The notes under the pieces: generated by a model
Database searches by the model: none
Seen by the model: the letters and a program-made list of their open reading frames with translations, nothing else
What the model was told of the DNA's origin: nothing
In this document: positions 20,972-30,808 of the stretch, piece by piece
How positions within the stretch are numbered: position 1 is the stretch's first letter
Layout: each line of letters starts with the position of its first letter
Program-made: the position numbers and the translations under genes
From: an uncultured Chloroflexia bacterium
GTDB taxonomy: Bacteria; Chloroflexota; Limnocylindria; Limnocylindrales; CSP1-4
Reading direction: 5' to 3'
Length of the DNA: 64,000 bases
NCBI GenBank assembly: GCA_963828165.1
Contig: CAWHDR010000001.1
Location: 1,376,001 to 1,440,000, forward strand

Positions 20972-22570
20972 GTGACCGAACCGAAGGTCGTCCTGACCGG
21001 CGCGGACCTCGCGATCGCCGACGTTGAAGCCGTGGCTCGTGGCAACGCGACGGTCGAACTGGACGCGAACGCGCGGGAGCGGATGCAGGAGGCACGTGAC
21101 GTCATCGAGGCGCTCGTCGCCGAGGGCGCCGTCGTCTACGGCGTCACGACCGGTTTCGGCGACCTCGCGTCCACGTTCATCGAGCCGGCCCAGGCCGGCC
21201 AGCTCCAGGAGAACCTCCTGATGAGCCACGCCGCCGGGGTCGGGGCGGCGTTCCCGCGCGAGATCGTCCGGGCGATGCTGCTGCTTCGGGCGAATACGCT
21301 GGCCCTGGGGCACAGCGGTTGCCGGCCATTGATCGTCGATCGGTTGTTGGCCATGCTCGTCGCCGGGGTCCACCCGGTCGTGCCCGAGCAGGGCAGCCTG
21401 GGCGCGTCCGGTGACCTGGCGCCACTTGCCCATTTGGCGCTGCCGTTGATCGGGCGCGGGCAGGTCGAGTTCCGTGGCCAGGTCCTGCCGGCGCTCCTCG
21501 CCCTCCGCGAGGTCGGCCTGGAGCCATTGAACCTCGAGGCCAAGGAGGGCCTGGCCCTGCTGAACGGGACCCAGATGATGGGCGCCATCGGGGCGCTGTT
21601 GCTCGCGGATTCGGACCGGCTGGTTCGGACCGCGAGCGTCGCGGCGGCGATGTCGGTCGAGGCGCTGCTCGGGACGGATGTGGCGTTCGCGGCGGCCTAC
21701 CAGCTCGCCCGGCCGCACCCCGGCCAGATCCAGGTGGCCACAGAGCTGCGGCACCTGCTGCGCGACAGCGGGCTGCAGCGGGCGCATCACGGCTCGGCCC
21801 ACAAGGTTCAGGATCCCTACTCGCTGCGCTGCGTGCCGCAGGTCCACGGCGCGGTGCGCGACGCACTCGATCACCTCCGGCGTGTCCTGGACATCGAGCT
21901 CAACTCCGCCACCGACAACCCGCTGGTGTTCCCGGGAGGTGGTGTCGCCGATGCCGACACGATCGCGACCGGTGGCGGGCGCGTCATCAGCGGCGGCAAC
22001 TTCCACGGCGAACCGATCGCCCTGGCGCTCGATTTCGCGAAGCTTGCCCTGGCCGAGCTCGGGTCGATCAGCGAACGGCGCACCGCCCTGCTCGTGGACC
22101 ATCGATTGAACGGCGGGCTGCCGCCGTTCCTGGCGCGGTCGTCGGGCGTCGAGTCCGGGATGATGATCTACCAATACACGGCCGCGGCCCTGGTGAGTGA
22201 GCACAAGGTGCTGGCCCATCCGGCGTCCGTCGACTCGATCCCGACCTCGGCCAACCAGGAGGATCACGTCTCGATGGGGTCGATCGCTGCGCGCCACGCG
22301 CGGGCGGTGCTGACCGGCGTCGAGCGCATCCTCGCCATCGAGCTCCTCGTCGCCGCTCAGGCGCTCGATCTGCGCCAGGCACTACGGGCATCGGCCGGAG
22401 AGGAGGCCGCGGCGCCGGGCGCCGGCGTGGACGAAGCCCACCAGCGGATCCGGGCTCGCATCTCGCATCTGGATCGCGATCGCGAGCCGGGGCCTGACCT
22501 CGCGGCGGCGACCGCGATGGTCCACGACGGGGTGCTGGAGGATCTGGCCGGGCCGGGAGGCCTCGCATGA
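20972..22570 (+). CDS. hutH: Histidine ammonia-lyase
   Basis: VYGVTTGFG, MIO motif GASGDLAPL, QDPYSLRC, NQEDHVSM. Confidence 0.96.
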   Translation: MTEPKVVLTGADLAIADVEAVARGNATVELDANARERMQEARDVIEALVAEGAVVYGVTTGFGDLASTFIEPAQAGQLQENLLMSHAAGVGAAFPREIVRAMLLLRANTLALGHSGCRPLIVDRLLAMLVAGVHPVVPEQGSLGASGDLAPLAHLALPLIGRGQVEFRGQVLPALLALREVGLEPLNLEAKEGLALLNGTQMMGAIGALLLADSDRLVRTASVAAAMSVEALLGTDVAFAAAYQLARPHPGQIQVATELRHLLRDSGLQRAHHGSAHKVQDPYSLRCVPQVHGAVRDALDHLRRVLDIELNSATDNPLVFPGGGVADADTIATGGGRVISGGNFHGEPIALALDFAKLALAELGSISERRTALLVDHRLNGGLPPFLARSSGVESGMMIYQYTAAALVSEHKVLAHPASVDSIPTSANQEDHVSMGSIAARHARAVLTGVERILAIELLVAAQALDLRQALRASAGEEAAAPGAGVDEAHQRIRARISHLDRDREPGPDLAAATAMVHDGVLEDLAGPGGLA

Positions 22571-23361
22571 CGCCAGCGCCGGGTCGCATCGAGATCGTGG
22601 ACGTCACGGACGAATCGACGTTCGCCCTCCTGCCTCCGTGCGCGGATCCGGGGTTCGATCACCGGTCGTGCGACTACTGGGAGGATGCGGACCGCGGATC
22701 GAAGGTGATCCGTCTCGACTGGATCGAGCCGGGCGGAGCCGTCACGCCCGAGCCGCCGCCCCGAGCGGCGCCGGCTAACCCGTTCCTGGCAGACCTCGAG
22801 GAACGTCGGGCGAATCCCTTCGCGGTCGGGCTGGGCAGTGGCGGCACCGGCGCGGCCAACCCGCTCCTCCCCGAGGACGATGCCCTCGCCGACAACCCGT
22901 TCGCCCCGCGACGTGCCCCTCGGCCGACGGTCGCCGACACGGCGCCTCGCAAGCTCCGGCTGCTGGCGCGCGGACTCGGCGTGGCGGGCAGTTACGCGAA
23001 GGTCCTGCTCGCGAACGAGGTGCCCGCCGCCTACTGCCAGTTCGGGCCGTTGACGGCCTACCCACGCGCCCAGCGGACCCGTGACCTGTATCCGGCCCTG
23101 CCCGATGCGCCGCTGCCGGCAGTCATCACCTGCATCGCGTCGACCGGGGCGGCACGTGGCGCCGGACTGGCGAAGGCGCTGGTGGCCGCGGTCTGCGAGG
23201 ACCTCGAAGGCCGCGGCTTCGCGGCGGTCGAGACGTATCCCGAGATCGGGGCGCGACCGGACGCGACGAGCGCCGCCACACCCGCGTTCTGGGAATCGGT
23301 CGGGTTCGTCACGGCGGCGCCGGACGAGCGGTTCCCCGTCATGCGCCGCGAGCTCGGGTGA
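22567..23361 (+). CDS. GNAT-fold acetyltransferase-like protein with NPF-repeat insert
   Basis: YCQFGP, ITCI...ARGAGLAKAL, VETYP, FWESVGF. Confidence 0.75.
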   Translation: MTPAPGRIEIVDVTDESTFALLPPCADPGFDHRSCDYWEDADRGSKVIRLDWIEPGGAVTPEPPPRAAPANPFLADLEERRANPFAVGLGSGGTGAANPLLPEDDALADNPFAPRRAPRPTVADTAPRKLRLLARGLGVAGSYAKVLLANEVPAAYCQFGPLTAYPRAQRTRDLYPALPDAPLPAVITCIASTGAARGAGLAKALVAAVCEDLEGRGFAAVETYPEIGARPDATSAATPAFWESVGFVTAAPDERFPVMRRELG

Positions 23362-23997
23362 GGCGTTCGAAGGTCGCCGCCGCTACTGCCGTGATCCTGG
23401 CCTGCATCTACACCGTCGCCGGATGCGGGCCGCCGATCCCCACCGCCGCCGCACCGTCGCCGCCCCCGTCGGCTGCCGTCCCCTCGCCGGCAGCGCCATC
23501 GTCAGCCGCCTCGCCGCCCTCGTCGGCGTCCGGGAGCCATCGCGCTCGACCCGGCTCTCCTCGACCTCCTCCCCGACGAGGTCGGGGGTCAGGCCCTCCG
23601 ACCTGACGACGAAACCGCCGTCGAGCTCGCCGGCAACGGCGGTCTTGCCGCCGACATCGAGGCGATCGCCGTCGGGCTCTATATCCACCCCGGATCGTCC
23701 ACGGCCGACGACCTGGCCATCGTGAACGTCGTCCGCCTTCGACCGGGCGTCTTCGGCGACGCGTGGTTCCGGTCGTGGCGCGACACCTACGACACCGGCG
23801 CTTGTGAGATCGCCGGCGGGGTCGCGCCAGGGGCGGCGGTGTCCGATATCAGCGGCCGCGAAACGCACATCGGTTCGTGCCAGGGTGGCGTGCATACCTA
23901 CCACGTCCACCTGGCGAGCCCGGACCGGATCGTCTCCATCACCGCCGCCGGCGAGGGGCGCTTCGGCGAGCGCGTCGTGGCCGGCCTGACGGAGTAG
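23358..23997 (+). CDS. Hypothetical lipoprotein (~212 aa), split by +1 frameshift at 23532-23534
   Basis: Lipobox VAGC and Ser/Pro linker in ORF 23358-23606; removing one G gives [15 protein letters not shown]... running into ORF 23722-23997. Confidence 0.7.
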
Positions 23998-24007
23998 CCT
24001 GTCGGCC

Positions 24008-25672
24008 ATGCCAGGAGCCGGTCCCCGTCCCGTCCGTGCGCCGCGCGGCCCAGAGTTGACCTGTCGAGGGTGGGCCCAGGAGGCGGCCCTCCGGATGCTG
24101 ATGAACAACCTCGACCCAGACGTCGCCGAGGACCCGGATCACCTCGTCGTGTACGGCGGCACGGGACGTGCGGTTCGCAGCTGGGACGCCTTCGATGCGA
24201 TCGTCCGCGAGCTGCGTGTCCTCGCCGACGACGAGACCCTTCTGGTCCAGAGCGGCAAGCCCGTCGGGGTGCTGCGGACCCACGAATGGGCGCCACGGGT
24301 CCTCATCGCCAACTCCAACCTCGTCGGGAAGTGGGCGACCTGGGAGTACTTCCGCGAGCTCGAGCGACAGGGGCTCACGATGTACGGCCAGATGACCGCC
24401 GGATCGTGGATCTACATCGGGACGCAGGGGATCCTGCAGGGCACGTACGAGACCTTCGCGGAGGCGGCCCGCCAGCACTTCGACGGCACGCTCCGGGGGA
24501 CCGTGACCCTCACCGCAGGTCTCGGCGGGATGGGCGGCGCCCAGCCGCTCGCCGTGACGATGAACGAGGGCGTGTGCCTGGCGATCGAGGTCGACGAGGC
24601 CCGAGCGCGCCGCCGGCTCGAGATCGGCTACGTCGACCTGCTCACCCATGATGCCGCGGAGGCGCTCGCGTGGGCGCGCGCCGCGGCCCGCGATGGTGAC
24701 GCGACCTCGATCGCGCTCGTCGGCAACGCCGCTGAGATCGAGCCCGCCTGGGCCGCGGCCGGCGAGCGGTTCGATCTCGTCACCGACCAGACGTCCGCCC
24801 ACGATGCGCTCGCCGGGTACGTCCCCGACGAGATGACCCTCGCCGACGCGCTGACCCTGCGCTCCACCCAGCCCGCCGAATACGAGCGCCGCTCGCGGGC
24901 CGCCATGGCTGCCCACGTCAGGGCGATGCTCGCGTTCCATCGAGCGGGCGCGATCGTCTTCGACTACGGCAACAACCTTCGGGCCCAGGCAGCCGACGCC
25001 GGGGTTGCCGACGCGTTCGACTATCCGGGGTTCGTGCCCGCGTTCATCCGGCCCCAGTTCTGCGAGGGCCGCGGGCCCTTCCGCTGGGCTGCCCTGTCGG
25101 GCGACGCCGCCGACATCGCGCGGACCGACCAGGCGGTCCTCGAGCTCTTCCCCGACGATGCCGGGCTGCGGCGCTGGATCGAGATGGCGCAGGCACGCGT
25201 GCCATTCCAGGGACTGCCGGCCCGGATCTGCTGGCTCGGGTACGGCGAACGCGCAAGGGCCGGTCTCGCCTTCAACGAGCTGGTGCGGACCGGCGAGGTC
25301 GCCGCCCCGATCGTCATCGGCCGCGACCACCTGGACGCGGGCTCCGTTGCCTCGCCCAACCGTGAGACCGAGGCGATGGCCGACGGTTCCGACGCCGTGG
25401 CCGACTGGCCGCTCCTGAACGCCCTCGTCAATACGGCCGCCGGCGCCTCGTGGGTGTCGATCCACCACGGCGGCGGCGTCGGGATCGGGTACTCGCAGCA
25501 TGCCGGCATGGTGGTCGTGGCTGACGGCACCGACCTCGCGGCACAGAAGCTGGAACGGGTCCTCACGACGGACCCGGCGATGGGCGTCTTGCGGCACGTG
25601 GACGCGGGGTACGACCGGGCGATCGAGGTCGCCGGGGAGCGCGGCATCCGGGTGCCGATGCTGGACCAGTAG
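24008..25672 (+). CDS. hutU: Urocanate hydratase
   Basis: [48 protein letters not shown]. Confidence 0.98.
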   Translation: MPGAGPRPVRAPRGPELTCRGWAQEAALRMLMNNLDPDVAEDPDHLVVYGGTGRAVRSWDAFDAIVRELRVLADDETLLVQSGKPVGVLRTHEWAPRVLIANSNLVGKWATWEYFRELERQGLTMYGQMTAGSWIYIGTQGILQGTYETFAEAARQHFDGTLRGTVTLTAGLGGMGGAQPLAVTMNEGVCLAIEVDEARARRRLEIGYVDLLTHDAAEALAWARAAARDGDATSIALVGNAAEIEPAWAAAGERFDLVTDQTSAHDALAGYVPDEMTLADALTLRSTQPAEYERRSRAAMAAHVRAMLAFHRAGAIVFDYGNNLRAQAADAGVADAFDYPGFVPAFIRPQFCEGRGPFRWAALSGDAADIARTDQAVLELFPDDAGLRRWIEMAQARVPFQGLPARICWLGYGERARAGLAFNELVRTGEVAAPIVIGRDHLDAGSVASPNRETEAMADGSDAVADWPLLNALVNTAAGASWVSIHHGGGVGIGYSQHAGMVVVADGTDLAAQKLERVLTTDPAMGVLRHVDAGYDRAIEVAGERGIRVPMLDQ

Positions 25673-25816
25673 CGGCCGGCGTGGCCGACCGCCCGGTGCC
25701 AGGGCGCACCGTTGATGGTGGAGTCCAGGGCAGTCGTGTGGGCTTTGGTATGGCATCGCCGGTACAGTGACGCGATACCGAAGCGGCACTTGCTTCGAGG
25801 AGGAGGACGACCCGTC

Positions 25817-28800
25817 GTGTCCGTCAGTCACCGCGCCCCCGCACGCCCCCTGATCCTTGCCCTGATCGCCGCGATGGCGATCGCCGCCCTCCCGGCCGGG
25901 AGGGCGCTCGCCTTCACGCTGGACCCGGCTACCGTTTGGATCAACGAGATCCACTACGACAACACCGGGGCGGACGCCGGCGAGACCGTCGAGATCGCCG
26001 GGCCGGCCGGAACCGACCTCACGGGCTGGACCCTCGTCGGATACAACGGGAGTGGCGGCGCCCCGTACGAAACCAAGGCATTGACCGAGACCATTCCTGA
26101 TCAACAGAACGGCTTCGGCACAGTGAAAGTCGACTTCGTCGGGCTCCAGAACGGGTCACCGGACGCCATCGCTCTTGTCCATGGATCCGACTTGGTCCAG
26201 TTCCTCAGCTACGAAGGGACCTTCACCGGAGTCGGTGGTGCCGCGAACGGTGAATTGAGCACGGACATCGGCGTATCGGAGAACGGCGCTGGAGCCGCCG
26301 GGAACTCCCTACGGCTCACGGGCACCGGCTCGACCTACCAGGACTTCACCTGGAACGCCGAGGCGGCATCGAGCTGGGCATCCCCGAATCCCGGACAGAC
26401 CTTCCAGGCCGATCCGGGCGATGCGACCCCGTCCGTCGCCCTCACGACGCCGCTCGATGGCGCGACGAACGTCCCGGCGAACGCACCCATCAGGATCACG
26501 TTCAGCGAGCCCGTGACCCTCGACGCCGAGGCGGCGATCCTCTCCTGCAAGGAAGCGACGCTCGCCCCGACCGACGATCCGAAGGTCTTCGAGTTCGTCT
26601 ACCTCCCGCCATTGCCCGCAGGGGGCACGTGCGGCTACACCATCGACAGGACCAAGGTCCACGACGTCGATACCGACGATCCGCCTGATGGGATGGCATC
26701 CGACGTCACGGTCAGCTTCACCGTCGCGACACCGGTCGTCGTCAGCCCGGACATCAAGATCAGCCAGGTCTACGGTGGCGGCGGCAACGCCGGCGCCGAC
26801 TATCGAAACGACTTCATCGAGTTGTTCAACCGCAGCGCGGCGGACGTATCGGTCGCCGGGTGGTCCGTCCAGTACGCATCGTCGACAGGCGCGACCTGGC
26901 AGGTGACGCCCCTGAGCGGATCCGTTCCGGCCGGCAAGCACTACCTGATCCAGGAGGCCGCCGGCGCCGGCGGCACCCTCTTCCTGCCGGATCCGGACGC
27001 GACCGGGACGATCCCGATGTCCGCGACCGCCGGCAAGGTCGCGTTGGTCGCCTCGACCACCCCGCTTACGGGCACCTGCCCGACCGGCGGCGCCATCGTG
27101 GACTTCGTTGGCTACGGCACGGCTGCCAACTGCTTCGAAGGGGCCGGCCCGACGGGGGCCACCAGCAACACGACCGCCGCCCTGCGCAAGGGTGAAGGCG
27201 CCACCGACACCGACAACAACAACGCGGACTTCGTCATCGGCGCCCCGAACCCGCGCGCGGCCCACGACTCCGCCCCGCGCGTCGCGTCAACCTTCCCGGC
27301 GGCCACCGCGACCGGCGTCCCGTCCTGGGCCAACCTGACGATCACGTTCAGCGAGCCCGTCGACGTCACCGACGGCTGGTACTCCATCAATTGCGCGACG
27401 AGCGGAAGCCACGCCGCGACGGCATCGGGCGGGCCCGGCACCTTCACGCTGGATCCGACCGCGAACTTCGTCGGCGGCGAGGCCTGCACCGTCACGGTCG
27501 TCGCGGCCAACGTGACCGATGAGGACACCGACGATCCGCCGAACGCCATGGCCGCGGACCACGTCTTGAGCTTCACCGTCGCCGCGGACGTCACGTGCGG
27601 CGACCCGGCCACCTTCATCCACCAGATCCAGGGCAGTGGCCTCGCTTCGCCCCTCGTCAACCAGACCGTCGAGGTCCAGGGCGTCGTCGTCGGCGCCTAT
27701 CCGGGCGCCAACGGCTTCCAGGGCCTCCATGTCCAGGAAGAGGACGGCGATCACGATACGGATCCTGCGACGTCCGAGGGCATCTTCATCTTCGAACCCA
27801 ACGGCGGCGCCACGTACGCCGTGGGGGACGTCGTCCGGATCAAGGGACGGGTCACGGAGTTCACGACCACCGGCGTGACGCTGACCGAGCTCACGAATCT
27901 CAACAACCTCGTCGTGTGCGCCAGTGGCCAGACGGTCACCCCTGCCACCGTGAGCCTGCCGTTCTCGTCATTGACCTTTGCCGAGCGTTTCGAAGGCATG
28001 CTCGTGGACATCGACCAGGAGCTGAGCGTCACCGAGACCTTCACCCTCGGACGGTTCGGCGAGGTCGTCCTGTCCTCGGGCGGCCGCCTGATCACCCCGA
28101 CCAACGTCGTCGCCCCGGGCGCACCGGCGATCGCCATGCAGGCAGAGAACGACCGGAATCGGATCGTGCTCGACGACGGCGACAATCGCCAGAACCTCGA
28201 CCCGACGCTCTACCCGACCGGCGGGCTGAGTGCATCCAACACGCTGCGCATCGGTGACTCGACCGACGGCGGCACCTTCGTCCTGGAGCAGCGGTTCGGG
28301 ACCTACCGGCTCCAGCCGACAGCGACCCTGCCGACCTTCGAGCCGACCAACCCACGGCCCGAGGACCCGGACGGGGTCGGCGGCACCATCAAGGTGGCGT
28401 CGATGAACGTCCTCAACTACTTCACGACGCTCGACACCAATCCGGGCAGCGGCAACGGCCCGGACATCTGCGGCCCCTCCCTCCTGGAGTGCCGGGGCGC
28501 CAACACCGAGTTCGAGCTCGATCGCCAGCGAGCCAAGATCCTGAGCGCGCTCATCGGTCTCGACGCCGATGTCGTCGGGCTGATGGAGATCGAGAACAAC
28601 GACCATGAAGCCGTGGCTGACCTCGTCGAGGGGCTCAACGAGATCCTCGGCGCTGGCACGTACGACTACATCGACACTGGCACCATCGGGACGGACGCGA
28701 TCAAAGTCGCGTTCATCTATCAGCCCGCGTCCGCAACCCCGGTCGGCGAGTACGCGATCCTCGACTCCACCGTCGACCCGCGCTTCCTCGACCAGCGCAA

Positions 28801-29692
28801 CCGTCCCGCCCTCGCCCAGACCTTCGAGTCGACCGCGACCGGCGGGCAGGCGACGGTCATCGTCAATCACCTCAAGTCCAAGGGATCGGCTTGCGACGGC
28901 GACCCGGACACGGGCGACGGCCAGGGCAACTGCAACCTGACCCGAGTCGACGCCGCGGAGGCACTGGTCGACTGGATCGCCAGCGATCCGACCGATAGCG
29001 GCGACCTGGATGCGATCGTCATCGGCGATCTCAACAGCTACGCCGAGGAGGATCCGATCGGGGTCTTCGAGGACGCCGGCTACGAGAACATGATCCGGAC
29101 GTTCCTCGGCGACGAGGCCTACTCGTTCGTCTTCCAGGGCCAGTCCGGCTACCTGGACCATGCCCTGGCCGACGCGACGCTGCCGGCCCAGATCACCGGG
29201 ACCACCGAGTGGCACATCAACGCGGACGAGCCGATCGTTCTCGACTACAACACCGACTTCAAGTCGGAGAATCACGTCGAGACCCTGTTCGCGCCACACG
29301 CCTATCGCTCGTCCGACCATGACCCGGTCCTGGTCGGCGCCGATCTCCTGGCCTACGACTTCGGCGGCTTCCTGAATCCCGCCTCTGGCTCCGGCGTGAC
29401 CACCATCAACGCCGGACGAACCTTGCCGGTCCGCTTCTCGCTGGACGGCGATCGGGGGCTCGCGGTGTTGTACGGCGACCCCGCGTTCCAGCGGACGGAT
29501 TGCTCGTCCGGGGCGGCGATCGGCTCGCCGATCACGGCCGTCGCAAATGAGCCGTTCTCGTACTCCGCCGCGACCGACACCTACAAGTTCGCGTGGAAGA
29601 CCCAGAAATCCTGGGCGACGTGGTGCGGAACGCTGACCATGGTCTTCGCCGACGGCACGTCCGAGGAGTTGGACGTGCGCTTCAAGAACTGA
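25817..29692 (+). CDS. ExeM/NucH family extracellular endonuclease with lamin-tail, Ig-like and PxKF-like domains
   Basis: Signal peptide; WINEIHYDN and KISQVYGGGG lamin-tail domains; IHQIQG...SEGIF OB fold; NVLNYF, NHLKSKG, GDLNSY, SSDHDPV EEP domain; RBS GGAGG before GTG 25817. Confidence 0.92.
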   Translation: MSVSHRAPARPLILALIAAMAIAALPAGRALAFTLDPATVWINEIHYDNTGADAGETVEIAGPAGTDLTGWTLVGYNGSGGAPYETKALTETIPDQQNGFGTVKVDFVGLQNGSPDAIALVHGSDLVQFLSYEGTFTGVGGAANGELSTDIGVSENGAGAAGNSLRLTGTGSTYQDFTWNAEAASSWASPNPGQTFQADPGDATPSVALTTPLDGATNVPANAPIRITFSEPVTLDAEAAILSCKEATLAPTDDPKVFEFVYLPPLPAGGTCGYTIDRTKVHDVDTDDPPDGMASDVTVSFTVATPVVVSPDIKISQVYGGGGNAGADYRNDFIELFNRSAADVSVAGWSVQYASSTGATWQVTPLSGSVPAGKHYLIQEAAGAGGTLFLPDPDATGTIPMSATAGKVALVASTTPLTGTCPTGGAIVDFVGYGTAANCFEGAGPTGATSNTTAALRKGEGATDTDNNNADFVIGAPNPRAAHDSAPRVASTFPAATATGVPSWANLTITFSEPVDVTDGWYSINCATSGSHAATASGGPGTFTLDPTANFVGGEACTVTVVAANVTDEDTDDPPNAMAADHVLSFTVAADVTCGDPATFIHQIQGSGLASPLVNQTVEVQGVVVGAYPGANGFQGLHVQEEDGDHDTDPATSEGIFIFEPNGGATYAVGDVVRIKGRVTEFTTTGVTLTELTNLNNLVVCASGQTVTPATVSLPFSSLTFAERFEGMLVDIDQELSVTETFTLGRFGEVVLSSGGRLITPTNVVAPGAPAIAMQAENDRNRIVLDDGDNRQNLDPTLYPTGGLSASNTLRIGDSTDGGTFVLEQRFGTYRLQPTATLPTFEPTNPRPEDPDGVGGTIKVASMNVLNYFTTLDTNPGSGNGPDICGPSLLECRGANTEFELDRQRAKILSALIGLDADVVGLMEIENNDHEAVADLVEGLNEILGAGTYDYIDTGTIGTDAIKVAFIYQPASATPVGEYAILDSTVDPRFLDQRNRPALAQTFESTATGGQATVIVNHLKSKGSACDGDPDTGDGQGNCNLTRVDAAEALVDWIASDPTDSGDLDAIVIGDLNSYAEEDPIGVFEDAGYENMIRTFLGDEAYSFVFQGQSGYLDHALADATLPAQITGTTEWHINADEPIVLDYNTDFKSENHVETLFAPHAYRSSDHDPVLVGADLLAYDFGGFLNPASGSGVTTINAGRTLPVRFSLDGDRGLAVLYGDPAFQRTDCSSGAAIGSPITAVANEPFSYSAATDTYKFAWKTQKSWATWCGTLTMVFADGTSEELDVRFKN

Positions 29693-29709
29693 TCGTGTAG
29701 CCGCCACCT

Positions 29710-29751
29710 CGACGCCGGCCGGCGGGTCATCACGACCCTCGGCCGGCGTCG
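29710..29751 (+). terminator. Hairpin after nuclease gene
   Basis: CGACGCCGGCC...GGCCGGCGTCG inverted repeat. Confidence 0.55.
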
Positions 29752-29815
29752 TCATGTCGTGACGGTCCTGCATGCCAGCCCATCGGAGGGCGGGCCGGGT
29801 CGCTAGCATCTGGAC

Positions 29816-30808
29816 GTGCTCGTCGAATCGGTCCCGAACGTGTCCGAAGGTCGCCGGCCCGACGTCGTCGACCGGATGGCGGAGGCGATCTCGTCGGTCC
29901 CCGGTGTCTCCTTGCTCGACCGCACGAGCGACGCGAGCCACAACCGCTCGGTGTTCACGATCGCCGGCGAGCACGAGGGGGTCACGACGGCCCTGGAGAA
30001 CCTCGTCGAGAGCGCGATCCACGAGATCGACATGGACACCCACGAAGGGGAGCATCCGCGCATCGGCGCGGTCGATGTCATCCCGTTCATCCCGCTCGCC
30101 GATGCGACGATCGACGCGTGCGTCGACCTGGCGCGCTCGTTCGCCGAGCGCATCGCGACCCGGTTCGACATCCCCGTCTACCTGTACGCGCGCGCCGCAA
30201 CGAGGCCCGACCGCGAGAAGCTCGCCGACGTCCGCCGCGGGCAGTACGAGGGCCTGCGGGCCGAGATCGGTCAGCGCGGCCGTGAGCCCGATTTCGGTCC
30301 GGCCCACCTTCACCCATCGGCCGGGGCGATCGCCGTCGGAGCGCGGCCGTTCCTCATCGCCTACAACATCAACCTCGACACGACGGACGTCGATCTTGCG
30401 AAGCGGATCGCCCGGCGCGTGCGCGAGTCGGGCGGGGGACTGCCCCGGGTGCAGGCCAATGGCTTCGAGGTTCGCGAGCCGGAACGTGGCCACCCACTCC
30501 GCGCCCAGGTCTCGATGAATCTCCTCGACTTCACCGTGACGCCACTCTGGGTCGTCTGGGACGCCGTCCGCGACCTCGCGGCGGAAGACGGCGTGGAGCC
30601 CGCGGAGTCCGAGCTCATCGGGCTCGCACCGCTGGCCGCCTTCCTGGATGTCGCCGACCGGGCCGGCGCGGACGCAGACAAGCCGCTCGACGAACGGCTA
30701 CGAGCCGCGGCGACGTACCTTCGCCTGCGGGACTTCTCGCCGACGCAGGCGCTCGAGCTACGCCTCGAGGAAGCGCGCGGATCGCCCGGCGGGCGCCACG
30801 CCCCATGA
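29816..30808 (+). CDS. ftcD: Glutamate formimidoyltransferase
   Basis: LVESVPNVSEGR, HNRSVFT, HPRIGAVDVIPF, RRGQYEGL, QVSMNL. Confidence 0.95.
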   Translation: MLVESVPNVSEGRRPDVVDRMAEAISSVPGVSLLDRTSDASHNRSVFTIAGEHEGVTTALENLVESAIHEIDMDTHEGEHPRIGAVDVIPFIPLADATIDACVDLARSFAERIATRFDIPVYLYARAATRPDREKLADVRRGQYEGLRAEIGQRGREPDFGPAHLHPSAGAIAVGARPFLIAYNINLDTTDVDLAKRIARRVRESGGGLPRVQANGFEVREPERGHPLRAQVSMNLLDFTVTPLWVVWDAVRDLAAEDGVEPAESELIGLAPLAAFLDVADRAGADADKPLDERLRAAATYLRLRDFSPTQALELRLEEARGSPGGRHAP

